Shown in pieces: positions 61,478 to 64,000 of a stretch of DNA of 64,000 bases (position 1 is the first letter of the stretch; each line of letters starts with the position of its first letter). Origin of the DNA: Crocinitomicaceae bacterium (GTDB lineage Bacteria; Bacteroidota; Bacteroidia; Flavobacteriales_D; Crocinitomicaceae); assembly GCA_044376455.1 (NCBI GenBank), contig JBIPMW010000308.1, positions 8,527 through 72,526 on the forward strand, read 5' to 3'. The position numbers and the translations under genes were made by a program. A model generated the notes under the pieces. The model did no database searches and was not told the origin of the DNA. It saw only the letters and a list, made by a program, of their open reading frames with translations.

Positions 61478-61888
61478 TTAATCCTCAGCTTTAATTGTTT
61501 TAATAAAGCCTAAAATAGTCTCCATGATCTTTGTTGCTTCTGGAATTAAGATATTTAAGATTTCGTTGTCTCCTTCACTTTTTGGCTCTTTTTTAATTGA
61601 ATCTATCTCAACCCAATCATGTTCGGTGACTGCCCCTTTTACCTTAACTACTAAAGTTTTAGACGATTTAGAACGATACTCAACCCAAACATTGTATTTT
61701 CCTTTTAGCTCGTTTGGATAGAGAATATTGATAGAGCCTTCTAGTACTAAATCGGTGAAAACATCTATTTGCCTTAGTTTAAGAGTCCATTTTGAGTAAT
61801 CAATCATTTTATAGGCATTATCACAAAAAACCCCGATTTGTTTTAATACCTCTATCTTTTCATAAATATCTATTTCCCATGTGCCCAT
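61478..61888 (-). CDS. paralog-array member (..EVLKQIGVFC.. / ..ILIPEATKIMETILGFIKTIKAED)
   Basis: 136 aa. Confidence 0.6.
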   Translation of the reverse strand: MGTWEIDIYEKIEVLKQIGVFCDNAYKMIDYSKWTLKLRQIDVFTDLVLEGSINILYPNELKGKYNVWVEYRSKSSKTLVVKVKGAVTEHDWVEIDSIKKEPKSEGDNEILNILIPEATKIMETILGFIKTIKAED

Positions 61889-61901
61889 CTGTTACTACTA
61901 T

Positions 61902-62264
61902 TTAATCTTGAATCTCATCAAGGATGAAGTTGAAAATGTCTAGCATTACTTTTCGAGTTTCTCTATATTTGTTATCAAAATAATCAGATTTTGATTTTCT
62001 AATATAATCAAATGCTATTTGATTCTCATAAGGATAGTTATTGTCTTTATCGTCAGGGTTTATCCATAATCCAAATGAGCCCACATAATACGCTTCGCAT
62101 GAAACACGCTTAAGCGGACCATCTAGAAAAACCTCTATTATTAATTCATCAGGAAAAAGTGGACACTGAATTATATTATTTTCAGAGTCAAGATTCCATC
62201 TTAAACTTGGATAACTTCTGTGACAGAATTCAAATATTTTCTCTGTTACTTGTTTTATGTCCAT
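61902..62264 (-). CDS. paralog-array member (MDIKQVTEKIFEFC.. / ..DIFNFILDEIQD)
   Basis: 120 aa. Confidence 0.65.
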   Translation of the reverse strand: MDIKQVTEKIFEFCHRSYPSLRWNLDSENNIIQCPLFPDELIIEVFLDGPLKRVSCEAYYVGSFGLWINPDDKDNNYPYENQIAFDYIRKSKSDYFDNKYRETRKVMLDIFNFILDEIQD

Positions 62265-62290
62265 TGATTTAACTCCTATTGGGTGAATTT

Positions 62291-62313
62291 ACTAGACAGA
62301 TATTCTGTCTAGT
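62291..62313 (-). other. conserved intergenic hairpin ACTAGACAG-atatt-CTGTCTAGT
   Basis: An identical copy lies at 63199-63221. Confidence 0.7.
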
Positions 62314-62320
62314 AATGTTT

Positions 62321-62761
62321 TTACTGTTGAATTTCATCTTCAATAAAATTAAAGACTTCTCTTACCATTTTTCTGGCTTTTTTTACTATACCCCAGCTAT
62401 CATCATTCCACTCGTCATGAGTGGCAATCATAAACTCTAACTCGCTGTTTTTGTTATGGTTTAGACTTACTTGAAAACTACCTAACCAGGGAAGTAAAGA
62501 TTTTTCTTCTGATTGAGGTATTAAAAGCGACCCCAGTATATAATCGTAAGTAGCTTCTTTTTCGTAAAAATAACGCTCTTGTTTTTTATATGAGCGAATT
62601 TCTATCTCTAATTTAAATAAAGAGCAAGAGCCAAGAATGAGTGAAATAAGTGAAACATCTCTACCAATATCACTATAAGAATAATTCCATGTCCATTTTA
62701 AATCTGGGTATCTTCCCTCACAAAAATTAAATAACTTTTCCGCTATTTGTTGTGTGTCCAT
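62321..62761 (-). CDS. paralog-array member (MDTQQIAEKLFNFC.. / ..EVFNFIEDEIQQ)
   Basis: 146 aa. Confidence 0.65.
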   Translation of the reverse strand: MDTQQIAEKLFNFCEGRYPDLKWTWNYSYSDIGRDVSLISLILGSCSLFKLEIEIRSYKKQERYFYEKEATYDYILGSLLIPQSEEKSLLPWLGSFQVSLNHNKNSELEFMIATHDEWNDDSWGIVKKARKMVREVFNFIEDEIQQ

Positions 62762-62776
62762 TACTGTTACTCCTGT

Positions 62777-63172
62777 CTATTCTTGGATTTCATCTTCAAT
62801 AAAATTAAAGATTTCTCTCACTATTTTTCTGGCTTTTTTACACAGATTCCATTTATTTTTATCTAGCGGCTTAGTTGTTTCATTAAAATCAGACCTGTAA
62901 AACTCTAGCTCACTATCTTTATCGTCATTTAGTTGAACTAAGAAACATCCCCTAAAATTTATGTCTTGTAGGTTAAGATAGCCTCGAATACATTCAATTC
63001 TTAACCAATCTTCAACAATCTTTAACTCTAATTTAAATAAAGGACATGAGCCAGAAATAAATACAACAGGACAAACTGTTTTTGAACATTCTTTACTATA
63101 GTTCCAGTCTAAATCTGGGTATTTTTCTTTACAGAAATTAAATAATTTCTCTGTTACTTGTTGTGTGTCCAT
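62777..63172 (-). CDS. paralog-array member (MDTQQVTEKLFNFC.. / ..EIFNFIEDEIQE)
   Basis: 131 aa. Confidence 0.65.
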   Translation of the reverse strand: MDTQQVTEKLFNFCKEKYPDLDWNYSKECSKTVCPVVFISGSCPLFKLELKIVEDWLRIECIRGYLNLQDINFRGCFLVQLNDDKDSELEFYRSDFNETTKPLDKNKWNLCKKARKIVREIFNFIEDEIQE

Positions 63173-63198
63173 TACTGTTACTCCTATTGGGTGAAACT

Positions 63199-63221
63199 AC
63201 TAGACAGATATTCTGTCTAGT
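63199..63221 (-). other. conserved intergenic hairpin ACTAGACAG-atatt-CTGTCTAGT
   Basis: Copy of 62291-62313. Confidence 0.7.
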
Positions 63222-63228
63222 ATTGTTT

Positions 63229-63636
63229 TTATTCTTGAATTTCATCAAGGATGAAGTTAAAAATATCTAACATTATTTTTCGATATTGTTTGACTAACTC
63301 CCAATTTTCTGCGTTCCATAGCTTATATCTATAATACGCAAGATTCTCAAAAACTATGGTGTCTTCATACCGAGAACTTATATCCTCAATCGGAGGATTT
63401 ATCCAAATTTTAAAGCTTCCTATTCGGTTGTCTTGCCATCGAACACACTCAAGTGATCCATCTAACAAAATTACACACTCAAGTGATCCGTCTAGCCAAA
63501 TTTTTCCATATCTATCGAGATAAGGTGATCGAATGACTTTATCGTAGTCATCTGTAAAATCGCAATTCCAGTCTAAATCTGGGTATTTTTCTTTACAGAA
63601 ATTGAATAGCTTTTCCGCTACTAGTTGTGTGTCCAT
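63229..63636 (-). CDS. paralog-array member (MDTQLVAEKLFNFC.. / ..DIFNFILDEIQE)
   Basis: 135 aa. It contains an internal LDGSLECV duplication. Confidence 0.65.
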   Translation of the reverse strand: MDTQLVAEKLFNFCKEKYPDLDWNCDFTDDYDKVIRSPYLDRYGKIWLDGSLECVILLDGSLECVRWQDNRIGSFKIWINPPIEDISSRYEDTIVFENLAYYRYKLWNAENWELVKQYRKIMLDIFNFILDEIQE

Positions 63637-63663
63637 TACTGTTACTCCTATTGGGTGAAACTA

Positions 63664-63813
63664 CTAGGAAATACTTACTGTTTCTACTACGATACTGTGA
63701 TGCCCATTGCGGGCTAAAGCTTCTAGATAAGCCATTAATCGGCTTTCGTGCATAGAAGTCTTGATCCTGCAAGGCTTATTTTTTCCATCTATTGTTTTAA
63801 TTGTGTATCTCAT
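63664..63813 (-). CDS. possible small protein (49 aa)
   Basis: MRYTIKTIDGKNKPCRIKTSMHESRLMAYLEALARNGHHSIVVETVSIS. ATGA coupling with the upstream ORF. Confidence 0.35.
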   Translation of the reverse strand: MRYTIKTIDGKNKPCRIKTSMHESRLMAYLEALARNGHHSIVVETVSIS

Positions 63814-63968
63814 TGTTTCCAATTTTTTGAATTTTGCCTACAATAATCTAAATGCGCCTTAAGTCTTTTGGCAGACTTTTGTTCTTCCGTCCCTCTGATA
63901 AGTCCTTTGTTTTTATCAATGTTATCTTGACTCGATAAGTTTTTCCACACTTTTTTAGTTTCCTCCAT
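63810..63968 (-). CDS. possible small basic protein (52 aa)
   Basis: MEETKKVWKNLSSQDNIDKNKGLIRGTEEQKSAKRLKAHLDYCRQNSKNWKQ. Below the track size cutoff. Confidence 0.35.
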   Translation of the reverse strand: MEETKKVWKNLSSQDNIDKNKGLIRGTEEQKSAKRLKAHLDYCRQNSKNWKQ

Positions 63969-64000
63969 GATTACACCTTTACTTATTGTCTAAACAATAC

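Noticed and set aside
1-64000. TAA could be reassigned genome-wide (alternative genetic code).
   Set aside because: Many well-supported genes I checked terminate at TAA exactly where homologues or tight gene packing predict, for example the chaperone T-part, the ParB-like gene, the hub protein and the 271-aa fibre-block gene. Global recoding is therefore not tenable.
1-64000. The window could be an integrated prophage with attachment sites and a lysogeny module.
   Set aside because: No integrase, recombinase, excisionase or host flanking genes are recognisable. The HTH and antirepressor genes alone do not establish a temperate lifestyle.

Overview
The whole 64-kb window reads as one tailed-phage genome segment. 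It is most likely a long-tailed siphovirus-type cyanophage, based on an nblA gene, STRR-like heptamer repeats, an FGE-sulfatase gene and an AT-rich sequence (by eye). No integrase or flanking host genes are visible. Most genes are on the minus strand.

Layout:
- 1-11.8 kb: tail module. It holds a tape measure gene of at least 2899 codons that runs off the window and carries an embedded lambda-R-like GH104 domain. It also holds a gpG/gpGT chaperone pair with an A_AAA_AAC -1 slippery site, a tube protein and a gp10-like protein.
- 11.9-17.4 kb: small early-type genes with several paralog families. They are driven by a repeated promoter/operator module and separated by CTGATAA heptamer repeats.
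- 17.5-30.8 kb: an island bracketed by two inverted ORF-free repeat arms rich in the 9-mer TTGTAGATA. It contains two outward-facing antirepressor-like paralogs, five HTH regulators, a tRNA-Met, a ParB-nuclease/Mom-like pair, terS/terL and DUF6876-like paralogs.
- 31-34.5 kb: plus-strand fibre-like block.
- 34.6-42.3 kb: nrdB, nrdA, a ThyA-superfamily fusion and nblA.
- 43-51 kb: RusA, capsid, protease, head morphogenesis protein, methyltransferase and portal.
- 51.5-57.2 kb: GH19 endolysin, holin-like ORF and GTA-type distal-tail/hub proteins.
- 57.2-59 kb: SF2 helicase.
- 59.6-63.6 kb: tandem array of about nine divergent paralogs.

Most notable observations:
- the inverted repeat-array architecture
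- the paralog array
- two genes interrupted by in-frame TAA codons, one sitting in the loop of a perfect 11-bp GNRA hairpin
- the promoter/operator and heptamer systems
- a 110-bp direct repeat encoding a Cys-containing peptide module around the distal-tail genes

All functional calls rest on motifs read by eye and on synteny. No database search was run.
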